64,000 nt of DNA from Negaprion brevirostris (Eukaryota): positions 39,913,921-39,977,920 of the forward strand of contig JARDVH010000059.1 in NCBI GenBank assembly GCA_030324005.1, in the 5' to 3' direction. Every line of letters starts with the position of its first letter. Position 1 is the first letter of the stretch. The notes under the pieces were generated by a model. That model searched no databases. It worked only from the letters and a program-made list of their open reading frames with translations, and had not been told where the DNA came from. Position numbers and translations under genes: made by a program. Of the stretch, positions 51,561 to 64,000 are shown piece after piece.

Positions 51561-52213
51561 GGGGCAATTCTTCCAAAAGCACTGAATTGGTGGGAAAACT
51601 GTTTTAGATCATGACTGTTTTGTCAGTTCAACTTCTCACCTGAATCTCCCCACTCAGTGCCCTGCAGAGGTCCCAATCGTGAATCTCAATAAAAACCCAG
51701 GCAGGCGGGACCTATTCACACCAAAATCTGACCGTCCTGGAACTCTGTGCATGCGCAGTGGTCCCGATCTCTCAGTCTCCCTGTTTGCTGGCCAGCGCGA
51801 CCTTGCAATACTGCCCCTCCAGCCCACACCCCCCCAGTGGTCCAATGACAGCCGCCACAACAATTCCTGGGCCAGCCCTGAACCCCCCNNNNNNNNNNNN
51901 NNGTCCAGACCATCCCCCCCCCGCCCCAACTCAAGCCTGTCCCAGTTGTTGCCCTCCCTCCAACCCAGACTGATCCCAATGCAAAGTGGTAGTGGGACAC
52001 CCCACCCCACTGTTTGCTCCTGGGCCCCAGCCCCAATAGGCCCTTCCCCTTTGCATTGTCTGATGCCCAGTGGGCAACCTCAAGGTGCTTCCTTGGGCAG
52101 TGCCAGGGGACACAGGCTGACACATGCACAAATCCCGGAACAAGGCTGGTGACGCACATCTCCCACCCCAACCTGCCAAAAAAGTTGGGGGTCACAATGG
52201 GAGAATCATGGCC
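51561..52213. mobile_element. GC-rich non-autonomous Harbinger-type element
   Basis: Begins after TTA with ggggcaattcttcc and ends gggagaatcatggcc. The GC-rich interior has a tgcatgcgca motif like the 2756-3567 element. Related decayed GC-rich blocks lie at ~24740-25460 and ~55960-56830. Confidence 0.55.
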
Positions 52214-53449
52214 ATTGTCTGAAAATTATCCCAATATACACAAGCACACATTTTTCCTATGCCAATTCACTCGAATGAATCCAACAAGGATTCCATCACA
52301 TCCTTAGGCCATTGAATCATCTAGACTACAGCATGCACTCACTGATATCAGCTGTATTGTAACTGAGTATATCTACTCAAGGAGATTGTCATTATAACCA
52401 TATAACTGAATGCACAATGCCTGGAAAGGAATCTATACCATAAGTTCTTTTCGCAGATACAGGCAGACATCAAATAACTAACTAATGGTTTCAAATGCAA
52501 CACTTTTAAAATAAATCAACGATGGAAACAATTAGTCCAAGCACATTAATAAAATAGCCAGAATATAATCCTTAAAAAAATACTTTGGTGTTAAAATAAG
52601 AATGATTTTAACTATATAAAAAGGTTATTTTCCTCTACTTTTCCTTTAATGAGCTGATTCACATGTATGAGGCATACTTGCCATCATTCAACCACACTGT
52701 CCAGCTAATTTTGCGAAACAGATGTTAATTGGAGATTTGGAAAATGGTAAGATTGTTAATGTGAAGCTATAATTATATTTTCCGGAACTATATCAGTAAA
52801 TGAATAGTTGTCTGTGAATAACTACAAGTCGGACTCATCTTCAGTTTTACAAACTATAAAAGACTTTGTGGAATCAAATCTTTACAAGCCTACCTAAAGC
52901 TTCTGTTCTGCCAAGTGTACCATTATCAAACTTTCTATAGGGCTCGCTTCATCATTTGTCATAACTTTTGCAGGAAACCTGTAGAAACTGCAGTTTACAC
53001 CTTTGATCAGGCTTCCCACCAAAGTTACAGTGGACAACAGGGAGATCTCCCAAAGAATTTAGTCCTCTGCGTTTAGATCTAAAATAATCCCATGCCATTT
53101 TTAGTGTACTTTCAACATATTTTCTGAGCAGGTGAATTGAGCATTGTCCTAAATATTTTATCCTAAAATCGATTCCCCCTGAATTCCTGCATCCACCTTG
53201 GATTCTAACGAGCTCCAAGTAAGCTGACTGGCATAAATTGTAACAAGGGCCAGTAGCACTATTCCCTCTTTTTAACCCTTGATGAGCTCAGGGAGATAGT
53301 TTGAGCATTATGTGGCAGAAATATTGTCCAGTTGGCTAAAAGGACAGAAGAGACAGTATGGAATTGGGCATGAGTACCTGCCATTTTGAGCAGTGGGGTT
53401 ACGCCGCCAAAACTGCCCACCACCACCTTGAGTCTCATAAATAGAAAAT

Positions 53450-53775
53450 TCTGCCCAAAATATTTATTTAATTTGCCTGCCATTCCTTTAAATTCTGCTG
53501 CCTGTGGCAGACCCATATTTAAATTTGCTATCCCTTTCCTTTTTACAGAAACTTTTACAATCCATTTTTATGTTTCTCAGCAGTTTACTTTCATCTTCTA
53601 CTTTCTCTCTCTTGGTTTCTTAGGCTCTTTTGCTGAATTTTAAAATGCTCCCAATCTTCAGGCTTACTACCTTTTTTGACAACTTTATAAGCCTCTTCCT
53701 TTGATCTAATACAACTGTTAACCTCCCTCGTTAGCTATGGTTGGATCACTTTTCCTACTTTGTTTGCACCTCAGA
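53450..53775 (-). mobile_element. CR1 ORF2 internal fragment
   Basis: Reverse complement of the agatcaaaggaagaggcttataaa...cctgaagattgggag region seen at 11520-11600 and 31525-31600. Confidence 0.8.
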
Positions 53776-55027
53776 GGAAAGTAAATTTGTTGCCAACTAT
53801 CTTTTTTAATTATTCATTTGCAGGATTTGGTTGTTGCTGGCTACAACAGAATATGATGCCCATCCCTAATTGCCCTTGGAAAGGTGTTGGTGAACAGCTN
53901 NNNNNNNNNNNNNNNNNNNNNNNNNNNNNNNNNNNNNNNNNNNNNNNNNNNNNNNNNNNNNNNNNNNNNNNNNNNNNNNNNNNNNNNNNNNNNNNNNNNN
54001 NNNNNNNNNNNNNNNNNNNNNNNNNNNNNNNNNNNNNNNNNNNNNNNNNNNNNNNNNNNNNNNNNNNNNNNNNNNNNNNNNNNNNNNNNNNNNNNNNNNN
54101 NNNNNNNNNNNNNNNNNNNNNNNNNNNNNNNNNNNNNNNNNNNNNNNNNNNNNNNNNNNNNNNNNNNNNNNNNNNNNNNNNNNNNNNNNNNNNNNNNNNN
54201 NNNNNNNNNNNNNNNNNNNNNNNNNNNNNNNNNNNNNNNNNNNNNNNNNNNNNNNNNNNNNNNNNNNNNNNNNNNNNNNNNNNNNNNNNNNNNNNNNNNN
54301 NNNNNNNNNNNNNNNNNNNNNNNNNNNNNNNNNNNNNNNNNNNNNNNNNNNNNNNNNNNNNNNNNNNNNNNNNNNNNNNNNNNNNNNNNNNNNNNNNNNN
54401 NNNNNNNNNNNNNNNNNNNNNNNNNNNNNNNNNNNNNNNNNNNNNNNNNNNNNNNNNNNNNNNNNNNNNNNNNNNNNNNNNNNNNNNNNNNNNNNNNNNN
54501 NNNNNNNNNNNNNNNNNNNNNNNNNNNNNNNNNNNNNNNNNNNNNNNNNNNNNNNNNNNNNNNNNNNNNNNNNNNNNNNNNNNNNNNNNNNNNNNNNNNN
54601 NNNNNNNNNNNNNNNNNNNNNNNNNNNNNNNNNNNNNNNNNNNNNNNNNNNNNNNNNNNNNNNNNNNNNNNNNNNNNNNNNNNNNNNNNNNNNNNNNNNN
54701 NNNNNNNNNNNNNNNNNNNNNNNNNNNNNNNNNNNNNNNNNNNNNNNNNNNNNNNNNNNNNNNNNNNNNNNNNNNNNNNNNNNNNNNNNNNNNNNNNNNN
54801 NNNNNNNNNNNNNNNNNNAAGTACTGGTGCCAGTATTCCATGAATCCCACTTCTCCATCACCAATCTTTGAGACATGCATTTAACTCTCTCATCTTATAA
54901 ACCCATTCTTTATCTTATTTACCTACTCTCTGATCTTAGTTCTGTGGATTCTGGGAATATGACTATCTCAGGCTGTTGCTTGACTTGTCTTTGGGACAAC
55001 TCTCCCAATTTTGACACATCTCCAGAT

Positions 55028-55244
55028 CTCTGAAATGGAGTGGCAAGCCACTCAGTAGTCTCAGTCTACAATTAAATGTCAATTAAGGATAAAAAAGAAT
55101 GTGACACCCAACACTAGGGACATGACAAGGCACAACTAGCAACATTCTCCTCAATAACATAGTCTATGACATTTTTATGACATTCTTAATTGACATTTAT
55201 GTATAGACTGAGACTACTGAGTGGCTCGCCACTCCATTTCAGAG
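55028..55244. repeat. ~60-bp near-perfect inverted repeat with ~95-bp spacer
   Basis: ctctgaaatggagtggcaagccactcagtagtctcagtcta..taaatgtcaattaag (55028-55087) versus its reverse complement at 55184-55244. Confidence 0.9.
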
Positions 55245-58200
55245 TGCAATTAAGATCAGACATGTTGTTGTTGGCATAAAGTCACATGTAGCCCAGACCA
55301 GGTAAGGAAGGCTGATAATCTTTGTTGAAGGGTAGAGTAAACAAGATATGGTTAATGTTATTGACATACTACATTTATTTTATTCTTTTTAATTCCTCCA
55401 GCTGCCAGGGTAGGATTTCAACTCATGTTTTTGCAGCATTAGTCCTGAGTCCTTGATGGTTGATCCAGTGGCATTACCTTGATGGTAGTGTTCCCTCTGT
55501 GTGTGTCATATAGGGGTGAGACAACAACCTCAGCATAGAGAGTAAATAAATATTGTGCAAATGACAGAAGAGATCAGAGAACCAGATGTGTCAGTCTAGC
55601 AATATTTTCCCTGAAGCTCTGGTATTTCAAAGTCTAATGGATATTGGCTCTCAGCCAAACCTCACTGTGTAACTTGAAATCCATTAACCTATTGAAATAT
55701 CTGAGCACGGAGAAAACATATCTTAATCAATAGCTCTAGCTGTCTGATTTGTGCTGTAACTTTAACAATGTTTATTTACACAAGGTGAATAGGTTTCAAG
55801 TGCTTGTAGTTTCAGCTATTGATACTTTAAATTATTGGGCTGGTTAACACTTTTATTGGACTACAGTAAACAGAATTTTTTTAAAGGAAGTAGGGAGTGA
55901 TCAATTAATGCCTTTTAAAAACAACTTTTTTTCACACATCCAACTCTCAATATCTGGATCCTTGCTTCTATACAATGTTTAGTGGGTGAATGGATGGAAA
56001 AATGTCATAGCTTGGCGTAAGGGGCCAAAGACAGTGAGTTGGGGACATAAATTTGCATTTATGGGGGCATTGGAGGCCATATGGGTTGTTTCGGGGGTCA
56101 TACCTTGGCATAGGCAATGAAGGACCATAGAAGATGATATTCTTTGCCATAGGAGAAAATGAAGGGGAATTCTTTGATGTGGGAGGCTTGAGGAGTACCT
56201 TTTGAACTTTCTTCTTAAAAGGATCCCTCATTATGGCCATTTTGAGGTACCAGTAACCATAACTATGTCCCCAACTCACTCCCTTTGGTCCCTTGTGCCA
56301 AAATTGTCTTGACTCCAATAAAATAATGAAGCACTCAGACATGCCTATTCCAGCGATGAGTCTGGCCAGGTCAGGGGGGCAGGGTATTGCTCATGATCCA
56401 AACCAGCCTGTGCCCCACACCAGCATCCCCACCTGCCTCCCCTTCGGCCTGTCCCCATCATGGCCTCAACCCTTACATTAGGCCCTGGCCCTGCCCCAAC
56501 CGCCCAGAGACCTCAATGGCCTCCAGTACTACCGTCAAGGCCATCACGTCAAGTCCCCATTGATGGGGACCATACGTGATCCTCACCAGTGAGGTCCTTC
56601 ACCTGTGAAACCGTTAAGCCGGTGATGATAGGGCCCCGGGATCACTAATCATATTGAAATTCTAATTTAAATATTATAATCAGCCTTCCATCCTTCTTTA
56701 CATTAGAATTTTGCTGGAAATCTGGAGCCAGTATGATCTTGGGAGGCGAGAAATCGGGCATGAACCTCATCTCTTACGCAATCTTACCTTCCCGCCCCAC
56801 CCATTGACGGGATGAGTCAGTAGGATCACCCCTGATGTATTTGGATCTTGTTGAGCCTGAATGTTCAACTGAACAATTAAATTCCTTCCTCCAAATAATT
56901 CTCACATTCCAAAAGCAACAATATTTCTTTATCTGCATTTCACTTATATCATTCCTTTTGGTAACCTTGTGAGTTCTCACCTTTGCATATAGTGCTGCAT
57001 GACTTGTGTCCCTTGCCCTTATTTGATATAGAACATAGAGCACAGAACAGTACAGCACAGTACAGNNNNNNNNNNNNTTCAGTGTTGTGCTGAGCTGTGT
57101 CCAAACCCCAAGATCAAGCTATCCCACTCCCTAGTAGGATATGTACCTCCTACTCTGCTATCTCCGACAGCTTTTCCTGTTTGGATCTCTATAAGCTGCA
57201 GACTATCTATCCCATGTACCTTAAGTTTTCTAGATTGTTACAGCTCCTTAAATTGCAGTTCTTTTGTGCTAGGAATGTATGGTGTTTTACTAAATTAAAG
57301 GAAAATTGCTGTCAAGCACACTTTCTTATCATGCATATTTCTGATTAGACTTGCAGGTGCAGGAGCCCTTTAAACATCTCTTCTTTAACACTATCCAAAT
57401 TGACTTTGGCGAGCAATTTGAGTTTTTACAGTGATTTGCAATTAACCTGGTGCATTATTTTTTCCAGATGTTCCCTAGGCTTGGGTCACTTTTTTGTCAG
57501 TGAAATTATGATACTGAATACAAAAGTCAATGCTGTATCATTTCTACAGAACAACATGAAGAACAGTCACTTTGCCAAACATGATCAAACTTTTGAGGTT
57601 ATTAAATATCATCCTGTGCTTTGTAAGGGTTTGTAGATTGCACTCATTCCCTCTATCCCTTCCAATTTATGGTGCTTTCTGCTCTCAGTCCTTTGGAACC
57701 TTTATTTTTCATATGTTATTTAATAAAAATCATGTTAGCCTATCGGCTCATCATACTTGTGGCAGTTTAAGTCAGCTATCCAATTAGGCCCCCTTGATGT
57801 GCTCTTTCCACATACCCCCTGCATTGTTTTCATTTTCAAGTATTCATCCAATTTCCTTTTCAAGATCTCTGTTAAATCTACTTCCGCTACCCTTTTGTCA
57901 GTCCGTTCCGGATCACAACTTTGCTGAAACGTTAGGCAATCTGATGCACTTCATGATAACATCTTTTCTCACTAGATTCCACTTTGTTGCATTGCTCCTT
58001 GGCCAACAACAACAGCTTACTATCAGCTGAGATTTTTAAATACCGAAGCACTGAATTTCCCTCCTCCTAGAATAAATAAACCAATAAGTATCATATTACT
58101 ACTCCAAAAACAGAAATAGCACTAGTCCAGGAAACCTGAGCAGATTAGGGGCCATGTGACAAGAGTGAACAGTAGAACTAACCTACCAATTGGAGGAAAA

Positions 58201-59229
58201 TCTAGCACCAAGCATCATATTTTCCATTGTTTGGGCCACAGCACCTCTGGATTCGTACAGCAGGGGCCCAATCTTGCTCAATTTAGTGGGAGCCTTTTAG
58301 AAGTTCAGGCCCTGGGACTACATTTGATTTCAGGATGATTCACCACATGCCTCTGTCAATATACCACATGGGTGGTTGTGGAGGCCAAAAGCTTTATTCT
58401 GGAGAGAGCTGTCCTGTTAAGCTATCTTGAAGCAGCAAGGATTTTCCATTTGCTGAGGCAGAGTCTCTGGTAGAGGTGGAAACCTTCCTAGAAGCCAGCA
58501 GGAAATATTTAAATTAAGCTTATTCTGGGGAAACATATTGAACTCTTGGGTGAGAAAATGCCCCACCCAAATCAATTTTTTGGAGGTAGAGTCATCAGTA
58601 GGGAAAATCTCAGACTAGGACTACAGTCAATAAATATACTTTCCATCCTTTTTTTAGTGTAGTATTATGACCTCTACATAGAACCTGTCTGATTAACAGC
58701 AGATGTTTGGGTTCCATTTTGATTCAAATTAAACATATTTGCAAGGAAACAAACATTACTTATAATGGAACACAAAACTCAGTGCCAAATTTGGAAAATC
58801 TAGTTGTTTTATAATTGACCTAATAGCCTTTGAAAAAAGAATTCTAAACCTTTACCGATATTCCAGAGTACGACTCCTATAACATAAGTGTTTTTTTTCC
58901 ACATTTTGATCACTGAAAATTTGAGATTAGAATTAAAGAAATGTGCAAAACCTTTTTAAAAAAATTCACAATAATCTATTATTTTAAACATTTATTTTCC
59001 AATCTTTTGCTGACTTTTTCCCCTTTGGAATTTGTTTATCATTTCAGAACGAAACTGCAAAATAAAAACCAGTTCATATGACGAGACAAGTCCGCAATAA
59101 AGGCAGCAAAACGGAAATGGTGCAGGAGATTGGGAACAGACTTTGGGGATATATGAGAATTGAGTGAGGTTTAAACAGTAACATTTATAAGTTCATGAAA
59201 CAATACTTTGTATGAAAAATAAGGCACAA

Positions 59230-59520
59230 TATTGCCGCAGTTGTTTAGCTGATAAGTGCACTGCCTGCTGAGCGAATGATGCTGTATAGGTGGGTTTTGA
59301 TCCTCAGTATAGGTGGGTTTTGATCCTCAGTGTGTGCTGACTTTGATTATCTGAGTTCATCGAGGATAGTGGTAAGAATGCTGCAATTGGCTTTTATGCC
59401 TGTGGGTTAGGGAAGGAAAAGTCAGCCAAGATTTAAATTCTTGATCCTATGACTCTTGCTGGGAAACGCTCTTATATATTGAGTAAGAATATGATTAGTA
59501 TTGGTTCTGAGTCTGATACA
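59230..59520 (+). mobile_element. Ancient tRNA-derived SINE with internal 23-bp tandem duplication
   Basis: tRNA-like head; gtataggtgggttttgatcctca occurs twice (59284-59329); body gggttagggaaggaaaagtcagccaag. Confidence 0.6.
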
Positions 59521-61029
59521 ATGGGTTCATTACAGCTCCAGTGGTAATCAACAGTGGAGCAGTAATATCATCTGTACCTGGGTAGGTTTGCAGTGAAGTT
59601 GCTGCAATTCTGTTCTTCACCTTTGTTTCACACTGTGGCCATTTTGACAATGGTTGGCTACTGACTCCCCATGTTGCCAGAGCACTTACTTTCTGCTAGG
59701 TGGGATCCTGATGCCCAGTTTTAGTAGTCAGACCTCATTACCATGTTGCTTGCCAATTTGCTGAACAAAGTAATAGGATAATCATCAGGAAGTGACTTCC
59801 AGGCTGATTTCTGCCAGTTAAGAGCATGTTAAAATCAACTCCATGGTGTTAATAATTAGTTGTGGTTAGTGTTATTGGAGATTTTAGCACATTTTGACGA
59901 ATGGGATTTTCTAAAATAAACACAGCTTGTGCTCATTGACTTCATTATTGTGCATGCTTTCACTTCCTGGTGATTTGGAAGTACAGGTTTCTGTCTTCAG
60001 AAGGAAGATAACACATGGCTTTGGCAGTGAGGACCATTTTGAAGGTGTGGAGAGTGAACAGGCAACCGCAGAGTGACTTTATTTGTTATATCACCTTTTT
60101 GTTTAGTTTAAACTCTTGGCTATCAGTTATTCTTTCATCCCCTGGACTACTGGTTGTCCAGTCCCATGTCATCATGCTGCTGGAAGAGAGGTCTGGTCTC
60201 CATCTGCCTTTCATTGTCATCAGTTTCTGGAAGTAGCAAGCCTTTCTATAATACGTAGCAAGCTATGATGATTTTTTAAGACTTTTGCTGGAATGTATTG
60301 CAGGGTCTACTGGGTTTATCCATTTATAAATAGCACCCCAGTCTTGAACAGTGGAGCTGGCCAGCATGATTTGCAGGATGCATAAATGTTTATCCATAAG
60401 GTGAGTGAATCCACCTGACGGATACTCCCAGCATGAGGATGAAACCCTCCCATTTTCATGCCACTGGAAGCACTTAGAGTGAAAATGAGAGAATTCCACC
60501 CATTAGCTCTATTCTCTCTCCACAGGTGCTGTCAGACCTGCTGAGATTTTCCAGCATTTTCTGTTTTTTGTTTCAGATTCCAGCATCCACAGCAATTTGC
60601 TTTTACCTCCCTGGAAGGATCCTGTTTCAAAGCTAAGTAGTACGAACCATGCCTGGTGCAGAAAATGGCATTGTCATGAAAGAATTGAAGTGGAAGCCTT
60701 CAAGCAGCAGTTGACATGTTTCCCCAATTGCCTCTGGCGGGATGGACGAATTGCAGCCCTCTGTAGAACAGGTGACCAGAAGACTTTCGTTTGATAGACC
60801 TTGCTGTGTGGAGAAGAAATTGATATGCAGGCTATGTAATACCAACCTTGTGTAACAATATAACTTCTCAATATGGCATCTGCTTCAGGAATACCTTTGG
60901 GGGAGAGGGGGGAGGTAGAGGGGAGGGGGTGCTGAAGGGAGGAGAGGTTTGGAGGGAGTAGGTGGAGGGGGGAGCCAGAGTTTGGGGGGGTGGGGCATGG
61001 AGGAGGGAGGAAGTGGTCGGAGGCAGGCC

Positions 61030-63470
61030 CAATACAGACCTGGGAAATGATAGAATCCATTATTAAGGAGATAATAACAGGACATTTTGAAAAACAGAAC
61101 ACAATCAGACTGCATCAATATGGTTCTGAGCAAGGCAAATCACATTTGACAGATTTATTAGAGTTGAGATTGTAACAAGCAAGGTGGTTAGAAGGAAACC
61201 AGTAGAATGTAATGCCACTGGATTTTCAAAAGACATTTCATAAGGTGTCACCTAAAGTATGACAACTCATTTAAATAAAATGGTATTGGGGTGCATTATT
61301 AGAAGGATAGAGTAATGGCTATCAAACAAGAAACCAAGAGTGGGCTAAACCGATCATTTTCAGATTGGAAAACGATAACCAGTAACTGGAGTACAACAGG
61401 GATCTAGGCTGGGGCATCAACTATTTGCAATCTCTATTCAGGTAATGGATGGAGGGACTGATTATATTGTAGACAAATTTGCTGATGATACAAATATAGG
61501 TAGGAAAGTGTGTTGTGGAGAAGATGCAAAGAATTTGCATAGGGATATAAATAGGCAAAGAAATTGGCAGATGGAGTACTATGTGGGAAAATTTGAAATT
61601 ATTTAATTTGGCAGGAAGGATAGAAAAGCATGAAACTTACTTAAATGGAGAGTGAATACAGAATGCTGAAGTACAAAGAGATCAGTGTCCTTGTACATGA
61701 GTCACAAAAAGCTAGCGTACAGGATATAAGTCATTCAGAAGACAAGCGGCATGTTGCAAGGGGATGGAGTATAAAAGTGTGAATGTTTGCTGTAACTGTA
61801 CTGTGCGTTGGTGAGACAAGACTGAGAGTAAAGTATGCAGTTCATAAGAACATAAGAACATAAAAAATAGGAGCAGGAGTAGGCCATCTAGCCCTTCGAG
61901 CCTGCCCCGCCATTCAATAANNNNNNNNNNNNNNNNNNNNNNNNNNNNNNNNNNNNNNNNNNNNNNNNNNNNNNNNNNNNNNNNNNNNNNNNNNNNNNNN
62001 NNNNNNNNNNNNNNNNNNNNATCAAAACCCTGATCATTTTACCAGGTGGGGAGTGTGGTCTTTAGAATATGGCTCTTCATATAGTTCAGTGCTTGGCCCC
62101 GAGTCAGGTGGATGTGTGGCTTGGAGGGGAGCTTGCCAAGGATGTTCCCATGCATGGTGTAAGAGGTAACATATTGCTATGGATTAAGAATTAGCTTGAT
62201 AACAGGCAGCGGGGAGGTTGGACAAATGGGTCTTCTTTGAATTGTCAAGTTGTAACTAGTGGAGTGAACTGAGATTGGCTCTGGAGCCTCAATTATTTAC
62301 AAGGTGGAGATGGCAGCGTTGGACTGAGGTGGGCACAATAAGAAGTCTCTCAACACCTAGGTTAAAGTCCAACAAGTTTATTTGGAATCACAAGCTCCTT
62401 CATCAGGTGAGTGGAGAGGTAATTGTGTATATATATATGTAGGCAAAGACACAATTACATGATAATTACTGATTGGAATGTGAAGAATGGTTGGAATGCA
62501 AGTTCCTCTCTCCACTGTGTCTGTAAAGACTTGATTACCTGTAAAGACGGACATTTCAACCATTCTTCACATTCCAATCTATTTACAATGATTTCCATGA
62601 AGGGACTGAATGAATGGTAAGTAAATTTGCTGATGACATTAAGATAGGCAGGAAAGTAAATTGCCAAAACGTGGTAGAGGGTCAGCAAAGGGATAAGTGA
62701 GTGAGCTAGCATTGGCAGATGGACTATAATGCGGGAAAATATGAACGTGTCCACTTTGGCAGAAAGAGGCATCCTTTCAGATTTTTTTTTCCTCACTTCA
62801 GCCTATTGTGATTTTTCATTTTAATNNNNNNNNNNNNNNNNNNNNNNNNNNNNNNNNNNNNNNNNNNNNNNNNNNNNNNNNNNNNNNNNNNNNNNNNNNN
62901 NNNNNNNNNNNNNNNNNNNNNNNNNNNNNNNNNNNNNNNNNNNNNNNNNNNNNNNNNNNNNNNNNNNNNNNNNNNNNNNNNNNNNNNNNNNNNNNNNNNN
63001 NNNNNNNNNNNNNNNNNNNNNNNNNNNNNNNNNNNNNNNNNNNNNNNNNNNNNNNNNNNNNNNNNNNNNNNNNNNNNNNNNNNNNNNNNNNNNNNNNNNN
63101 NNNNNNNNNNNNNNNNNNNNNNNNNNNNNNNNNNNNNNNNNNNNNNNNNNNNNNNNNNNNNNNNNNNNNNNNNNNNNNNNNNNNNNNNNNNNNNNNNNNN
63201 NNNNNNNNNNNNNNNNNNNNNNNNNNNNNNNNNNNNNNNNNNNNNNNNNNNNNNNNNNNNNNNNNNNTTCAGCATGTGGAAGTCTCTTCCCCAGAAAGCA
63301 GTGGAATCTGGGTCACTAGTTTTACTTAAGGCCCTGTTAGACAGATTTTTGATAGACAAGGGGGTCAAAGGTTATGGGGGAGGGGGGGAGAAGAAGGAAA
63401 GTGAAGATGAGACCCTAATCATATCAACCCTGATCATACTGAATTGTGGAGCTGCAAGCTTCTGTCATTA
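61030..63470 (+). mobile_element. Decayed CR1 RT fragments (at least two copies) with a nested young minus-strand CR1 tail (61845-~62020) and a Penelope insert
   Basis: DFQKTFHKV, KFADDTNIG and (cataagaa)n tail; large N gaps. Confidence 0.8.
62303..62579 (-). mobile_element. Penelope-like family-1 terminus with short inverted 5' piece
   Basis: Terminus motif gttggact...agaagtctctcaacacctaggttaaagtccaac...ctccttcatcaggtg. Flanked by the direct repeat tatttacaa (62294-62302; 62580-62588). Internal inverted repeat 62471-62498/62552-62579. Confidence 0.7.
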
Positions 63471-63765
63471 TAGGGCTCAATGAACTGGTATGAATTTTTG
63501 TTTGTAATAAATCACTTATGTTAACCATTTATTGAGTCAGTTATGGAAATACACATTGTCATACACATTGTCTCTTGACATTGCTCTGAGATCTTACTGC
63601 TGCACATTTTCATCAGTTGTGCATCTGTAGTTGAACCAGACTAAATGACCAACTGTGATTAGTAAAATCTCCTACCCACTGACTGCCATCAAGCAGTTTT
63701 ATCACCACCATTTTCTACAAGAAAATAAACCCCTCATTCATGTAATTCCTAGTAATCTAATGTTA

Positions 63766-64000
63766 GGGGGTTGGTTAGCTCAGTTGACTAAGCGGTTAGC
63801 CTGTCGTTTAGAATAAACCTGTGCCAACAGCACAGGTTTGATTTCCCATACTAGCTGAGCTAGACTTGAGACCTGACTCCTCATCCTATCCTGAGTGTGG
63901 AAGGCAATGGAAAACCACTGACAGAAAGCTGCCAGGAAAATACTGCTCAGAATGAAGTATCAGCAGACGATGAGCAGAGGACTGTCTTTGGGCAGAGCTG
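63766..64000 (+). mobile_element. tRNA-headed SINE with RTE/BovA-like segment (runs off window end)
   Basis: A-box ggttggttagctcagttg and B-box ggtttgatttcc, followed by gaaggcaatggaaaaccact...gccaggaaaat, which resembles the RTE-derived BovA/Sauria-type motif. Confidence 0.55.

Noticed and set aside
51654-52307. Overlapping 100-160 aa ORFs / CpG-island-like promoter
   Set aside because: GC-rich MITE interior; stop-poor because of base composition.
53760-54884. Longest ORFs in the track (319-374 aa)
   Set aside because: Artefacts of the ~920-nt N-run. The same applies to ORFs at 2828-3570, 5218-5742, 25322-25718 and 62793-63368.
1-64000. CRISPR arrays, rRNA or prokaryotic operons
   Set aside because: Vertebrate DNA; no regularly spaced repeat-spacer array or rRNA similarity seen.

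Overview
Vertebrate genomic DNA, almost certainly from a shark or other elasmobranch, judged from dense HE1-type tRNA-SINEs, CR1/HER1-like LINEs and shark-type Penelope termini. The only host coding sequence is the terminal exon of RUNX1T1 (ETO/MTG8; MYND/NHR4 zinc finger) at 13981-14256 (+). It is followed by a ~2.6 kb repeat-free 3'UTR ending near AATAAA at 16878. Positions 1-13980 are the last intron; everything after ~17 kb is gene-free and rich in decayed transposons, with several candidate conserved non-coding blocks. Mobile DNA includes a complete but decayed Ty3/Gypsy LTR element (43418-48792, GTATC target duplication, tRNA-Ser PBS), a related solo LTR, CR1 LINEs, an RTE LINE with an inverted 5' half, PIF/Harbinger-type MITEs and a transposase remnant, and Penelope-like termini carrying minimal hammerhead-ribozyme cores. 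The most unusual item is a ~220-bp element at 21577 that has an authentic U2 snRNA 5' end fused to a highly diverged U2-like body. Many N-runs (several exactly 100 nt) limit the analysis. Nearly all short ORFs in the ORF track are non-coding or transposon debris. All identifications were made by eye, without database searches.
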